Source: an uncultured Actinomycetes bacterium
Lineage (GTDB): Bacteria; Actinomycetota; UBA4738; HRBIN12
Assembly (NCBI GenBank): GCA_963821925.1
Contig: CAWGFO010000010.1
Span: 403 to 64,402 of the forward strand
DNA length: 64,000 bases
Reading direction: 5' to 3'
Part shown: one piece after another, positions 10,539 to 18,995 of the stretch
Layout of the letters: each line of letters starts with the position of its first letter
Numbering within the stretch: the stretch's first letter is position 1
Position numbers and translations under genes: made by a program
Notes under the pieces: model-generated
The model's input: only the letters and a program-made list of their open reading frames with translations
Told to the model about the DNA's origin: nothing
Databases searched by the model: none

Positions 10539-11872
10539 CACGCGACCACCCTGAAGAGGCGCCAGCGATCGGGGACGCCCTTCAGCTCGTGATCGCCGGC
10601 GTCCTCGAATACGAGGCCCGACCCGGCGGTCAGGTCGCGCACGGTCGAGGACGCGAGGATCTCGTCGGCACCCGCGAGTGCGGCGACGCGGGCGCCGATG
10701 TGTACGGCGATCCCGCCCACGTCGTCCCCGCGCAGCTCGACCTCGCCCGTGTGCACGCCGGCTCGGACACGGAGGTCGAACGGTCGGACCCCGTCCACGA
10801 TCGCCCGGGCGCATCGCACGGCGCGGGCAGGGCCGTCGAACGTCGCGAGCATCCCGTCACCGGTCGGGTTGACGTAGCGGCCGCGGAACCGCTCGACGGC
10901 CTCGTGCGCGATCGAGTCGTGCGCCGTGAGCCGCTCCTTCCAGGCGGCGTCCCCGAGCTGGGCTGCGAGCTCCGTCGAGCCCACGATGTCGGTGAACAGG
11001 ACCGACGTGAGCACGCGATCTGTGGGAACCCGCTGGGTCCTCTGCGTGACGAATGTTTCGACCTCATCCATAAGCGCGGCGCTGTCACCGACCCACGGGG
11101 AGGAATCGATGCCTGCAAGCTCCACGAAGCGAGCATCCGGGATGCCATCGGCGACCTGTCGTCCTTCGTTGATGTCGTTCGCACGGTCGCCCGTGCGATG
11201 CAGAACCAGCGTCGGCACACCGATCACCGGCAGGATGTCGGTCACGTCGGTGTCTCGCTCCACGGCCAGCATCGCGACCGCCGAACTGGGGCTGGCGGAC
11301 AGGCGCGTCCACGTCACGAATCGATCGACCTCATCCGGATCGTCGAGCATCGAGGGGTTCTGCCATCGCATCTGTTTGATCGTCCACGACCGCGTTCCCC
11401 AGCCCGCGCGGGCGCCGTCGAGGAAGGTCTGCCAGGCCTCGGTCCCCCAGTCGGACTCCTCATCCATACCCTTCGTGGCGGCGCTGAACAGGACGAGGGA
11501 GTGCACGCGCTCGGCATGGGTCGCCGCGAACGCGATCGCCGGATAGCTCCCGTCCCACACACCGAAGACGGTGGTCCTGACCGATCCCGCCGCGTCCAGG
11601 ACCGCGAGGATGTCGTCGTTGGTCGTCTCGAGCGGGGGCGCCTCACCCGCGCCGAACCGATCGGACAGCCCGGTGCCACGGCGGTCCATGATGATCAGGC
11701 GCGAGAACGACGCGAGGCGCTCGTAGAACGTGGCGAGCTTCGGCAGCTGCCACGCGTACTCCAGGTTCGACAGATACCCCATCACGATCAGCAGGTCGCG
11801 AGGTCCTTCGCCGAGGACCTGGTAGGCGATCGCCACGTCGCCGTTCCACGCGTACTGCACGTCGAGCTTCAT
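10538..11872 (-). CDS. Alpha/beta-hydrolase domain fused to a class III adenylyl/guanylyl cyclase domain (LipJ-like architecture).
   Basis: N-terminal hydrolase region (…IIMDRRGTGLSD…) and C-terminal cyclase region (…VLFTDIVGSTELAAQLGDAAW…GDGMLATFDGPARAVRCA…GVHTGEVE…). Confidence 0.8.
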   Translation of the reverse strand: MKLDVQYAWNGDVAIAYQVLGEGPRDLLIVMGYLSNLEYAWQLPKLATFYERLASFSRLIIMDRRGTGLSDRFGAGEAPPLETTNDDILAVLDAAGSVRTTVFGVWDGSYPAIAFAATHAERVHSLVLFSAATKGMDEESDWGTEAWQTFLDGARAGWGTRSWTIKQMRWQNPSMLDDPDEVDRFVTWTRLSASPSSAVAMLAVERDTDVTDILPVIGVPTLVLHRTGDRANDINEGRQVADGIPDARFVELAGIDSSPWVGDSAALMDEVETFVTQRTQRVPTDRVLTSVLFTDIVGSTELAAQLGDAAWKERLTAHDSIAHEAVERFRGRYVNPTGDGMLATFDGPARAVRCARAIVDGVRPFDLRVRAGVHTGEVELRGDDVGGIAVHIGARVAALAGADEILASSTVRDLTAGSGLVFEDAGDHELKGVPDRWRLFRVVA

Positions 11873-12047
11873 CGTGTCAGCACCCGGTACGGCGCCAGCC
11901 GTCGGCGACGGCTGGGATATCGACGACCCAGGACTGCCGCACGCAGGGACTCTTCACGTCGCCAGTCTCGTTCGCGCGTGACATGGGGCGCAAGTTGTTG
12001 CCCACAGTGTTGGCTAGCCATCGGCTACGCGTTAGATCACATCTGCT

Positions 12048-12824
12048 TCATGCCTTGGAGCGCAGGATGTCTTCGAGGCGCTTCGCCATCTGTGGACTCG
12101 CCCCTTCGTCCTCGTGCTTGAAGTAGCAGAAGACGTCGGCGCCGCCGGCGAGCGCTGTGCCGATCCGCTCCGCCCACGCCGCGAGCTCGTCGTCCGTGTA
12201 CTCGGTCTTGCGCAGACGGAAGTAGCCGGCGGGGTCCCACGAGATCTCCTCGGGCGTCGGGTCCTTCTCGTCGGTCTGGGCCACGCACCACGCGACGCCC
12301 TGGTCCCGCAGCAGGTCCCGCGCCTCGAGCCAGGAGGCGTGACGGAACTCCATCGCGAACCGCGGGTTCCCGTTCCCGGTCGGGGGGAGGTACCCGACGA
12401 AGCCCTCGATCAGCGCCCGGTCGTAGTGCAGGTTCGGCGGGCACTGGAAGAGCACGCACCCCAACCGGTCGCCCAGGGTCTTCGCGCGCTCCAGGAAGTC
12501 GCGGACGTCGTCGTCGCAATCCTTCAGCCGCCGGGAGTGCGTGATGCGCTGGTTCGCCTTCAGCGTGAAGACGAATCCGGGACGCGCGCGGTCGCGCCAG
12601 GTCGAGAGGGTCTTCTCCGTTGGGAACCGGCGGAACGTGTAGTTGATCTCCACCGACGACAGCTGCGACGAGTAGTAGTCGAGCATGTCGTCCTTCTTGA
12701 GGTCCTCCGGGTAGAAGACGCCGTGGCGCCACTCGTCGTAGGCGAATCCCGACGTCCCCAGGTAGAAGCTGCCGACCATGGCGTGCATCATCGCATGCGT
12801 GCCGTCGCTCGACGTCGCAGGCAT
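12048..12824 (-). CDS. DUF72-family protein (YecE-like).
   Basis: …FYLGTSGFAYDEWRHGVFYP… and …YYSSQLSSVEINYTFRRFP… match the DUF72 signature. Confidence 0.8.
   Translation of the reverse strand: MPATSSDGTHAMMHAMVGSFYLGTSGFAYDEWRHGVFYPEDLKKDDMLDYYSSQLSSVEINYTFRRFPTEKTLSTWRDRARPGFVFTLKANQRITHSRRLKDCDDDVRDFLERAKTLGDRLGCVLFQCPPNLHYDRALIEGFVGYLPPTGNGNPRFAMEFRHASWLEARDLLRDQGVAWCVAQTDEKDPTPEEISWDPAGYFRLRKTEYTDDELAAWAERIGTALAGGADVFCYFKHEDEGASPQMAKRLEDILRSKA
12776..12804. repeat. 29-bp direct repeat copy 1 (ccatggcgtgcatcatCgcatgcgtgccg).
   Basis: Matches 14519..14547 at 28 of 29 positions. It lies inside the 5' coding end of the DUF72 gene (minus strand). Confidence 0.85.
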
Positions 12825-12839
12825 CAGGGTCGCGGGCCG

Positions 12840-13904
12840 CTATGAGCCCGGGCTGCAAGCAGGGATGTCGCTCACGCGGGGCAGTCGCTGGATCCACATC
12901 TCTCCGTCGATGCGGCGCACGAGATAGACCTCGTCGTCGAACGTCAGTGGGTCGACCCACAACTGGAAGAGCCGGCTGTGGTAGCCGGTGAAGACGGCGC
13001 CCGGAGGGAGGACCGTGAGCGGTGTGTACGGCACCGCGCTCCGGTCGGCCCAGGAACCCTGCGGATCCGCGACGTACACGCGTTCGACCTCCGCGCCCGT
13101 CGGCTCCGTCCCGAGTGGGTCGATCAGCTGAAGGATCGTCGGCGGCCATCGCCGACAATCCGGCATCCAGAACGTGGAGAGCGTGGCGGGCGCCAGGGGC
13201 CGGCCGTCAGGGCCGTACCACGGAGTTGGCGGGACGATCGTGCCGCCGGGGCTCGTCGGGCCACCTCTATCGAGGATCCCCGGCGCTACCTCGACGGTTC
13301 CCGGGCCGCAGAAGGCGTCCGGATCCGCGTGGTCATGCGCGCCTCTCGGCGAGGGCGCTCCCAGCTCGTAGGGACGGACCTGGACTTCGCCGTCCGAAGT
13401 GACGCGGCTGGGCACGGGAAACATGCCGGAGGATGCGGGGCCGGTCATGTACTCGCCGTGATCGTCGAACTGGGCTCCGTGCTCCAGCTCCCTGAACCCA
13501 CCGAACGGTCGGCAGTACCGCAGTTTCTCCTCCACCCCGTACGGGGAATGGGGAGACACGGCCGAGAGGGCGTAGGGCTCTCCCCCTTGATCCGCGACGA
13601 CGAAGACCTCCGCCTCCGCGAGGTACACGACTCCCTCCGTCGAAAGGTCGGCGATCGACCCGGCATCGACCCACTCCCCGGCCACCGACGTCGCCGGCGG
13701 TGGCGCGATCGAGCCATCGGAGGCGGGACGACGCGAGGCGAAGGCCGCAACGATGACGGTGACGAAGACCGCAGCGATGGCGATCGCACCGACCTTGCGG
13801 CGACGCGCCACGCGACGCTGCCTGCGGATCTGTCGGTCGAGCGCGTCGGGCACGGCGGGCGCCTGGCGGCTCACCGTTTCGAAGAGTTCCTTCATGTCAG
13901 GCAT
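12840..13904 (-). CDS. Putative anti-sigma factor or membrane protein, with one TM segment after a short cytoplasmic N-terminal segment and a large extracytoplasmic domain.
   Basis: Immediately downstream of an ECF sigma gene with a 10-bp gap. …VGAIAIAAVFVTVIVAAFA… is a TM segment. There is no family-level match. Confidence 0.5.
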   Translation of the reverse strand: MPDMKELFETVSRQAPAVPDALDRQIRRQRRVARRRKVGAIAIAAVFVTVIVAAFASRRPASDGSIAPPPATSVAGEWVDAGSIADLSTEGVVYLAEAEVFVVADQGGEPYALSAVSPHSPYGVEEKLRYCRPFGGFRELEHGAQFDDHGEYMTGPASSGMFPVPSRVTSDGEVQVRPYELGAPSPRGAHDHADPDAFCGPGTVEVAPGILDRGGPTSPGGTIVPPTPWYGPDGRPLAPATLSTFWMPDCRRWPPTILQLIDPLGTEPTGAEVERVYVADPQGSWADRSAVPYTPLTVLPPGAVFTGYHSRLFQLWVDPLTFDDEVYLVRRIDGEMWIQRLPRVSDIPACSPGS

Positions 13905-13913
13905 GCCGACCCC

Positions 13914-14366
13914 TCACATCGTTCTCATCGCGGCCCGCCCCTGCGACGCGAGGACACGGACGGTCGTCGCACGGATGCCGAGGATCGAGCCGGCCTGCGC
14001 CGAGTCGTAGCCGATGATCTCGGTGAGCACGAGCGCGGCGCGCTGGCGCGCCGGGAGCGCCGCGAGCAGGCGACGGACGTCTTCGCGCAGCTCGATCTCG
14101 TCGAACGGATCCCTGGCGTGCACGGTCGGCAGCGCGCGGCGGGTGGCCGCCTTGGCGCGGCGCAGCCGCGTGCGGAAGCCGTTCAGGGCCACGCGGAACA
14201 GGTAGGCGGTCGGGTCGTCGATCCGGTCGATCCGGTCCCACCGTTCCCACAGTTTGACGAAGGCTTCCTGGGCGAGATCCTCGGCCTCGTCGGCGCTCCC
14301 GGTGATGAAGAACAAGGCGCGGTAGAGGAGGTCGTGCTGCTCGAGGAAGAACTCCTCGAAGCTCAT
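13914..14366 (-). CDS. ECF-type RNA polymerase sigma-70 factor.
   Basis: Region 2 (…LYRALFFITGSADEAEDLAQEAFVKLWERW…) and region 4 (…LTEIIGYDSAQAGSILGIRATTVRVLASQGRAAM…). The ORF extends to 14426, but MSFEEFF at 14366 is the more plausible start. Confidence 0.8.
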   Translation of the reverse strand: MSFEEFFLEQHDLLYRALFFITGSADEAEDLAQEAFVKLWERWDRIDRIDDPTAYLFRVALNGFRTRLRRAKAATRRALPTVHARDPFDEIELREDVRRLLAALPARQRAALVLTEIIGYDSAQAGSILGIRATTVRVLASQGRAAMRTM

Positions 14367-14518
14367 CGGCGCCGCTCGCGGGTCCCGTCTCCGGTCCGAC
14401 GCCACGCCTTGCCCTCCGATCACCATGACCCATGGACGCTACGGGGGGTGCGTTCGTTTAGGCCGCCGTCGGATCCGCACAGCTCAAGGGCCGCAGGCGG
14501 ACGCGTGCCTATTGCCCG

Positions 14519-14547
14519 CCATGGCGTGCATCATGGCATGCGTGCCG
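14519..14547. repeat. 29-bp direct repeat copy 2 (ccatggcgtgcatcatGgcatgcgtgccg).
   Basis: Matches 12776..12804. It supplies the start codon and first nine codons (MACIMACVP) of the hydrolase gene. Confidence 0.85.
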
Positions 14548-15210
14548 ACACCCGAGGAACGCCTCACGATCGACGTGCCCGACGCGGGCCTGGTCAGCGG
14601 CGCCTACGCGCGACCCTCCGGGGCCGACCGCACGATCGTGGTCGCGCACGGCGCCGGCGCCGGGATGGACCACCCGTTCATGGTGGGCTTCAGCCGGGCG
14701 ATGAACGAACTCGGCGTGGCCACGCTCCGGTTCAACTTCCCGTACATGGATGCGGGTCGCCGCAGCCCCGACCGCCAGCCGGTCGCGGTCGCGACGTGGC
14801 GTGCGGCGTTCGACGTCGCGGTCGCACGAGCGCCCGGGGGCGAGCCCGTCTGGGCGAGCGGCAAGTCGTTCGGCGGGCGGATGGCCTCCGTCGCGGTGGC
14901 CGAGGGGATGCCGGCCGCCGGGCTCGTGTTCCTCGGGTACCCGCTGCATCCTCCGGGCAAGCCGGAGCGCGTCCGAGACGAACACCTGTACGCGATCGAG
15001 ATCCCGATGCTGTTCCTGCAGGGCACGAAGGACCCGTTCGCCACCCCCGCGGTGCTGGCGCCGGTGATCGAGCGCCTGGGCGCTCGGGCCACGCTGCACG
15101 CGATCGATGGCGGCGGGCACTCGCTCGAGCGGTCCCGCAAGGACGACCCCCGCGAGACGGGCGCCGCGCTCGCGCCGATCGCCGCCGGCTTCATGCGGGA
15201 GGCGCGCTAG
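14521..15210 (+). CDS. Alpha/beta hydrolase (dienelactone-hydrolase-like small hydrolase family).
   Basis: …IVVAHGAGAGMDHPFM…ASGKSFGGRMAS…LQGTKDPFATP…IDGGGHSL matches an alpha/beta-hydrolase topology with a GxSxG-like nucleophile elbow. Confidence 0.7.
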   Translation: MACIMACVPTPEERLTIDVPDAGLVSGAYARPSGADRTIVVAHGAGAGMDHPFMVGFSRAMNELGVATLRFNFPYMDAGRRSPDRQPVAVATWRAAFDVAVARAPGGEPVWASGKSFGGRMASVAVAEGMPAAGLVFLGYPLHPPGKPERVRDEHLYAIEIPMLFLQGTKDPFATPAVLAPVIERLGARATLHAIDGGGHSLERSRKDDPRETGAALAPIAAGFMREAR

Positions 15211-15508
15211 ATGCCGCGGAAGAACCGGCGCAACCCCGAGTTCTTCACGCCGCCCGAGGCGCCCTCGACGCCGTCGAGGGGCGCCGACACGCCCATCTGG
15301 GCCCAGGCGCCCGGCTACGAGGTCCGCGGCGTGGGCGGCCAGAAGGAGTACCGGTGCCCGGGTTGCGACCACATGGTGCGCGCCGGGATCGCGCACCTCG
15401 TGGTGGTGCCCGACCGACGACGTCGACGCCCGCCGCCACTGGCACACCGAGTGCTGGAAGCGCGAGCTCCGCCGCCTCGGGCTCTACCGCGCCCCGACGG
15501 TCGAGTAG
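15211..15508 (+). CDS. Small basic zinc-ribbon protein (Cys-x2-Cys … His/Cys), conserved hypothetical. It has one frame change near 15417.
   Basis: MPRKNRRNPEFF…YRCPGCDHMVRAGIAHLVVVP in the frame of 15211, followed by TDDVDARRHWHTECWKRELRRLGLYRAPTVE* in the +1 frame. Dropping one base in cccgaCcgacgac would restore a single ORF. Confidence 0.5.
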
Positions 15509-15551
15509 ATCGCCGACCCGAACGCAGGAACGTGTCGGCGCGCTGGCTACG

Positions 15552-15734
15552 ATGCCCGACATGGAGCCGTCGACCGTCACCGAGCGCGAGCAGCGCGCCG
15601 ACGCCGCGACCTGCATACCGATCACCGAGTCGAAGCGTCTGCCGTGCGATCTGTGCGGACACCCGATGGAGCCCGAGCACGCCCACTACCGGTGCCCCTC
15701 CTGCCACTACATCCTTCCCTGCTGCGGCTGGTGA
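15552..15734 (+). CDS. 60-aa Cys-rich zinc-ribbon-like protein.
   Basis: MPDMEPSTVTEREQRADAATCIPITESKRLPCDLCGHPMEPEHAHYRCPSCHYILPCCGW carries two CxxC pairs. It is embedded in a 918-aa antisense artefact ORF and its reading frame is only moderately supported. Confidence 0.35.
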   Translation: MPDMEPSTVTEREQRADAATCIPITESKRLPCDLCGHPMEPEHAHYRCPSCHYILPCCGW

Positions 15735-15783
15735 CCGAGCGACCGGTCCCGGGACTGGCGCGGCCTTGCGACGCCGTCATACG

Positions 15784-16197
15784 ATGCCGCGCATGGCGTT
15801 CGAGGCGCGGGCACGCATGTGGGAGGCCGGGGGCCGTTGGTACGCGCGCATCCTCGACGCGCCCGCCTACATCGAGGTGACGGGGATGAGCCGTCACGGG
15901 TGCCTCCAGGAGCTCCGCAAGGTCACGGGCGACGACGTCACGCTCACCGTCGACGTGATCCCCGCGATCGTCGGCGTGGCCGAGGCCGCCGAGATCATGG
16001 GATGGGACAAGCGCCGCGTGATCACCTACATCGACCGCGGGTCGTTCCCCGAGCCGATCACCTCGCTGGCCTCGGGTCGGATCTGGCTCCGCGAGGACGT
16101 CGAGGCGTACGCCGCGGACTGGCGCGTGCGGCACCCCGCGAAGCCACCGACGCCCGTCAGCGAGCCCACCGCGGTCCCCGCGAGGCCGACCGCGTGA
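15784..16197 (+). CDS. HicB-like (UPF0150 fold) N-terminal domain fused to a C-terminal helix-turn-helix DNA-binding domain; antitoxin-like regulator.
   Basis: …MWEAGGRWYARILDAPAYIEVTGMSRHGCLQELRKV… resembles the HicB pattern. …VAEAAEIMGWDKRRVITYIDRGSFPEP…GRIWLREDVEAY is an excisionase/MerR-type HTH. Confidence 0.5.
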   Translation: MPRMAFEARARMWEAGGRWYARILDAPAYIEVTGMSRHGCLQELRKVTGDDVTLTVDVIPAIVGVAEAAEIMGWDKRRVITYIDRGSFPEPITSLASGRIWLREDVEAYAADWRVRHPAKPPTPVSEPTAVPARPTA

Positions 16198-16841
16198 CCC
16201 AGCGCCTCTACCTGATCCGCCACGGCCAGGCCGACTACACCTCTGACGCGCGCCTCCCCACCTCCCGGGGGGTCGCGTTCGACCCGCCGCTCTCGGTCAC
16301 CGGCCGCGAGCAGGCGGCGGCTCTGGCCGAACGGCTCCGACACCTCACGCCTCCCGCCGCCGTCTACTCGTCCACGCTCGCCCGCGCGCGCGAAACGGCC
16401 CACGCCTACGCGGACCCGGCGGGCATCGAGGTCGTCGAGCGGGAGGACCTCTGCGAGTGGTACGGCGGGGGATGGGAGTTCAAGGACTTCTCGCAGATCT
16501 TCGACGAGCATCCCGATGCGCGGCACCTGTTCCGCACCCAGCAGCCGGCATGGCACCTCGCGCCCGAGGCCGAGACCGGCTCCGACTTCGCCGCGCGCGC
16601 CCGGGCCGCGATCGAGGCGGTGCTGGCCGAGCATCGCGAGGGCGACCTCTACCTGTTCGTCCACGGCGGCGTGATCAACGCGTTCCTCGCTCCGATCCTC
16701 GGGATCCACGGCCAGGAGATGTTCTTCCTGCCGGCGAACACCAGCATCAACACCGTGCTGGTCGAGGGCGACGAACGCCGCGCGTGGTTCCTGTCCGACG
16801 ACGCGCACGTGACGAACCCCGAGTGGTTCGAGCACGGCTGA
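16194..16841 (+). CDS. Histidine phosphatase family protein (phosphoglycerate-mutase-like).
   Basis: LYLIRHGQADYT… (RHG catalytic motif) and …TLARARETA…FVHGGVINAF. The GTG start overlaps the upstream stop (GTGA). Confidence 0.8.
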   Translation: MTQRLYLIRHGQADYTSDARLPTSRGVAFDPPLSVTGREQAAALAERLRHLTPPAAVYSSTLARARETAHAYADPAGIEVVEREDLCEWYGGGWEFKDFSQIFDEHPDARHLFRTQQPAWHLAPEAETGSDFAARARAAIEAVLAEHREGDLYLFVHGGVINAFLAPILGIHGQEMFFLPANTSINTVLVEGDERRAWFLSDDAHVTNPEWFEHG

Positions 16842-16929
16842 CCGAGTCGCCGCGGACCCCGTCCGGGACCGCCGGCCCGCATCGCCCCCCTATACTTCCC
16901 GCGCATCCGCCCGACGCGAAAAGGAGGCC

Positions 16930-17313
16930 GTGATGGCCGTCAAGTTCCTCTCACCCGAATGGGCCGCCGCCCTGACGACCGAGCTCAACGCCAACGCGGC
17001 CTTCCATGAGGCATCGGCCGGCCAGCGGGCGAAGATCCAGCAGATCATCACCGGCAGCGACGAGACGCACTACTGGATCACCTTCGACGACGGCACGATC
17101 GACATGGGCGTCGGCGACCTCGAGGCTCCCGACGCGACGATCACGCAGAGCTACGAGACGGCCGTCAAGCTCGCCAAGAGCGAGCTCTCGGCGGTCACCG
17201 CCTTCATGACGGGCAAGATCAAGATCGGCGGCAACATGGGGCTGCTCCTCGGGCTCCAGGGCGCGCTCACGCATCTGCCCGCCGCGATGGAGAAGATCGA
17301 GGTCGAGTACTAG
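16930..17313 (+). CDS. SCP2 sterol-binding domain protein.
   Basis: …FMTGKIKIGGNMGLLLGLQGAL… matches the typical SCP2 C-terminal signature. Confidence 0.75.
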   Translation: MMAVKFLSPEWAAALTTELNANAAFHEASAGQRAKIQQIITGSDETHYWITFDDGTIDMGVGDLEAPDATITQSYETAVKLAKSELSAVTAFMTGKIKIGGNMGLLLGLQGALTHLPAAMEKIEVEY

Positions 17314-17729
17314 GAGGCTTCGCCGAGCGCGATCGTCGCGCTCGCGGTCGCGAGCAGCTTCCCGTCGGCATCCACCACGTCGGCTGCCGCGTGCGCGAGC
17401 GTACGGCCGATCCGCAGCACCCGACCCCGGCCCACGATCCGCCCCGGAGCGCCCGGCCGCAGGTACTGCACGGTCAGCGAGATCGTGACGTGCGTCCGCC
17501 CGGGGGCCAGCTCGGTCCGCACCGCGAGCCCCGCGGCCGTGTCCGCCAGCGTCGCGATCATCCCGCCGTGCAGCGCGCCCTGCAGGTTCAGATGATGCGG
17601 CGCGGCGTCGAGGGCGATCTCGACCGCTCCCGGCGCGGCGTCGAGCACCGACATGCCCGCCCAGCTATGGAACGGCGATCCCTCGAGCCGGGCCCGAAGG
17701 TCCCCCTTCGTATCCTCCCCTTCGGCCAT
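17310..17729 (-). CDS. PaaI-family hot-dog thioesterase.
   Basis: …LQGALHGGMIATLADTAAG…GRGRVLRIGRTLAHAAADVVDADGKLLATASATI…. Confidence 0.8.
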   Translation of the reverse strand: MAEGEDTKGDLRARLEGSPFHSWAGMSVLDAAPGAVEIALDAAPHHLNLQGALHGGMIATLADTAAGLAVRTELAPGRTHVTISLTVQYLRPGAPGRIVGRGRVLRIGRTLAHAAADVVDADGKLLATASATIALGEAS

Positions 17730-17857
17730 CCGTCGTACCTCCCGGTCACGTAGTCTCCCAGTGAGGGCCCCGGCCGTTTGACGGCCCGGGGAACCCCAAG
17801 GACAATCCTGGCGGATCGGATCCCGGTCCCGGGGAATATGAACGGAGGGGAACGCAC

Positions 17858-18970
17858 ATGCCTAAGTGGCTCCGTAGGCTCGCCCTGCCTGTCGTCGCGC
17901 TCGGCCTGGTGGCCGCGGCGTGCAGTAACAACGACAGCAGCAGTACGGCGAGCGGCGCCAGCGGGAGCGCCACCGAAGAGTGCACGTCCGACATCACGGT
18001 CGGCGTGGCGCTCGACGTCGGCGGTCTCGGTGACAACGGGTTCAACGACCTGTCACAGATCGGGCTGCAGAAGGCGATCGACGAGGGCATCATCTGCGAG
18101 AGCAACACGAAGTTCCTCGAGTCGAACGCCGACGGCACGAACCTGGACGAGAACACGCAGTCGCTGGCCGCGGACAACTACGACCTCGTGATCGGGACCG
18201 GGTTCGCGTTCACGCCCGGTATCAACGCGATCGCGCCCGACTATCCGGACACGGACTTCGGGATCATCGACGGGTACGCGACCTGCGGCACGGCGTGCGG
18301 GCTCGACAACGACGCCAAGGACATCCCGAACGTGACCGACCTGGCCTTCCAGGAGGAGCAGGGCTCGTACCTGGTCGGCGTGGCCGCCGGCCTCAAGGCA
18401 CAGGAGCTGAGCTGCGACACCGTCGGGTTCCTCGGCGGCCAGACCGGCCCGCTGATCGCCAAGTTCCAGGCTGGGTACGAGGCCGGCGTGGCCGAGGTTG
18501 CGCCCGAGGTGACCGTGCTCGTCGAGTACATCGGCGACACCACCAAGGCGTTCGACGACGCAACGGCGGGCGAGGCCCTGTCGAAGAAGATGTACGACGA
18601 CGGCGCCTGCATCATCTACCACGCTGCTGGTGACTCGGGGAACGGCCTGTTCAAGGCCGCGGCCGCGATGGAGAAGATCGCGATCGGCGTCGACTCCGAC
18701 CAGCACGAGGTCGTCTCTGCCGACCAAGCGCCGTGGATCATGACCTCCATGATCAAGCGCGTCGACACGGCCGTGTACGACACGATCGCGGCGGTGGCCG
18801 ACGGCACCTTCAAGGGCGGCGGCCAGGTCTTCGGCCTCGCCGAGGACGGTATCTCGTACGCGACGAGCAACCCCGACCTGATGAGCCAGGACATCGTGGA
18901 CCAGGTCGAGGCGTACAAGCAGAAGATCCTCGATGGCACCATCGTGGTTCCGACCGAGCCCGGGAAGTAA
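17858..18970 (+). CDS. BMP-family (PnrA/Med-like) ABC transporter substrate-binding lipoprotein, probably for nucleoside uptake.
   Basis: Signal plus lipobox (…LVAAAC|SNND). BMP signature segments …VALDVGGLGDNGFND… and …VDSDQ…. Confidence 0.85.
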   Translation: MPKWLRRLALPVVALGLVAAACSNNDSSSTASGASGSATEECTSDITVGVALDVGGLGDNGFNDLSQIGLQKAIDEGIICESNTKFLESNADGTNLDENTQSLAADNYDLVIGTGFAFTPGINAIAPDYPDTDFGIIDGYATCGTACGLDNDAKDIPNVTDLAFQEEQGSYLVGVAAGLKAQELSCDTVGFLGGQTGPLIAKFQAGYEAGVAEVAPEVTVLVEYIGDTTKAFDDATAGEALSKKMYDDGACIIYHAAGDSGNGLFKAAAAMEKIAIGVDSDQHEVVSADQAPWIMTSMIKRVDTAVYDTIAAVADGTFKGGGQVFGLAEDGISYATSNPDLMSQDIVDQVEAYKQKILDGTIVVPTEPGK

Positions 18971-18995
18971 CTGAGGGACCGAGGGTATCGACGCC

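Noticed and set aside
12978-15734. 918-aa ORF on the plus strand spanning the anti-sigma, sigma, hydrolase and Zn-ribbon genes.
   Set aside because: Arg/Ala/Gly/Pro-rich low-complexity translation, typical of an antisense or out-of-frame reading in DNA above 70% GC. It crosses several independently supported genes on both strands. Only its last 60 codons (15552..15734) were kept as a possible small gene.
15552-15734. The Cys-rich 60-aa protein as the HicA toxin partner of the HicB-like gene.
   Set aside because: It has no resemblance to the HicA/YcfA dsRBD fold pattern (no conserved Gly-His pair). It is reported only as an uncharacterised small ORF.
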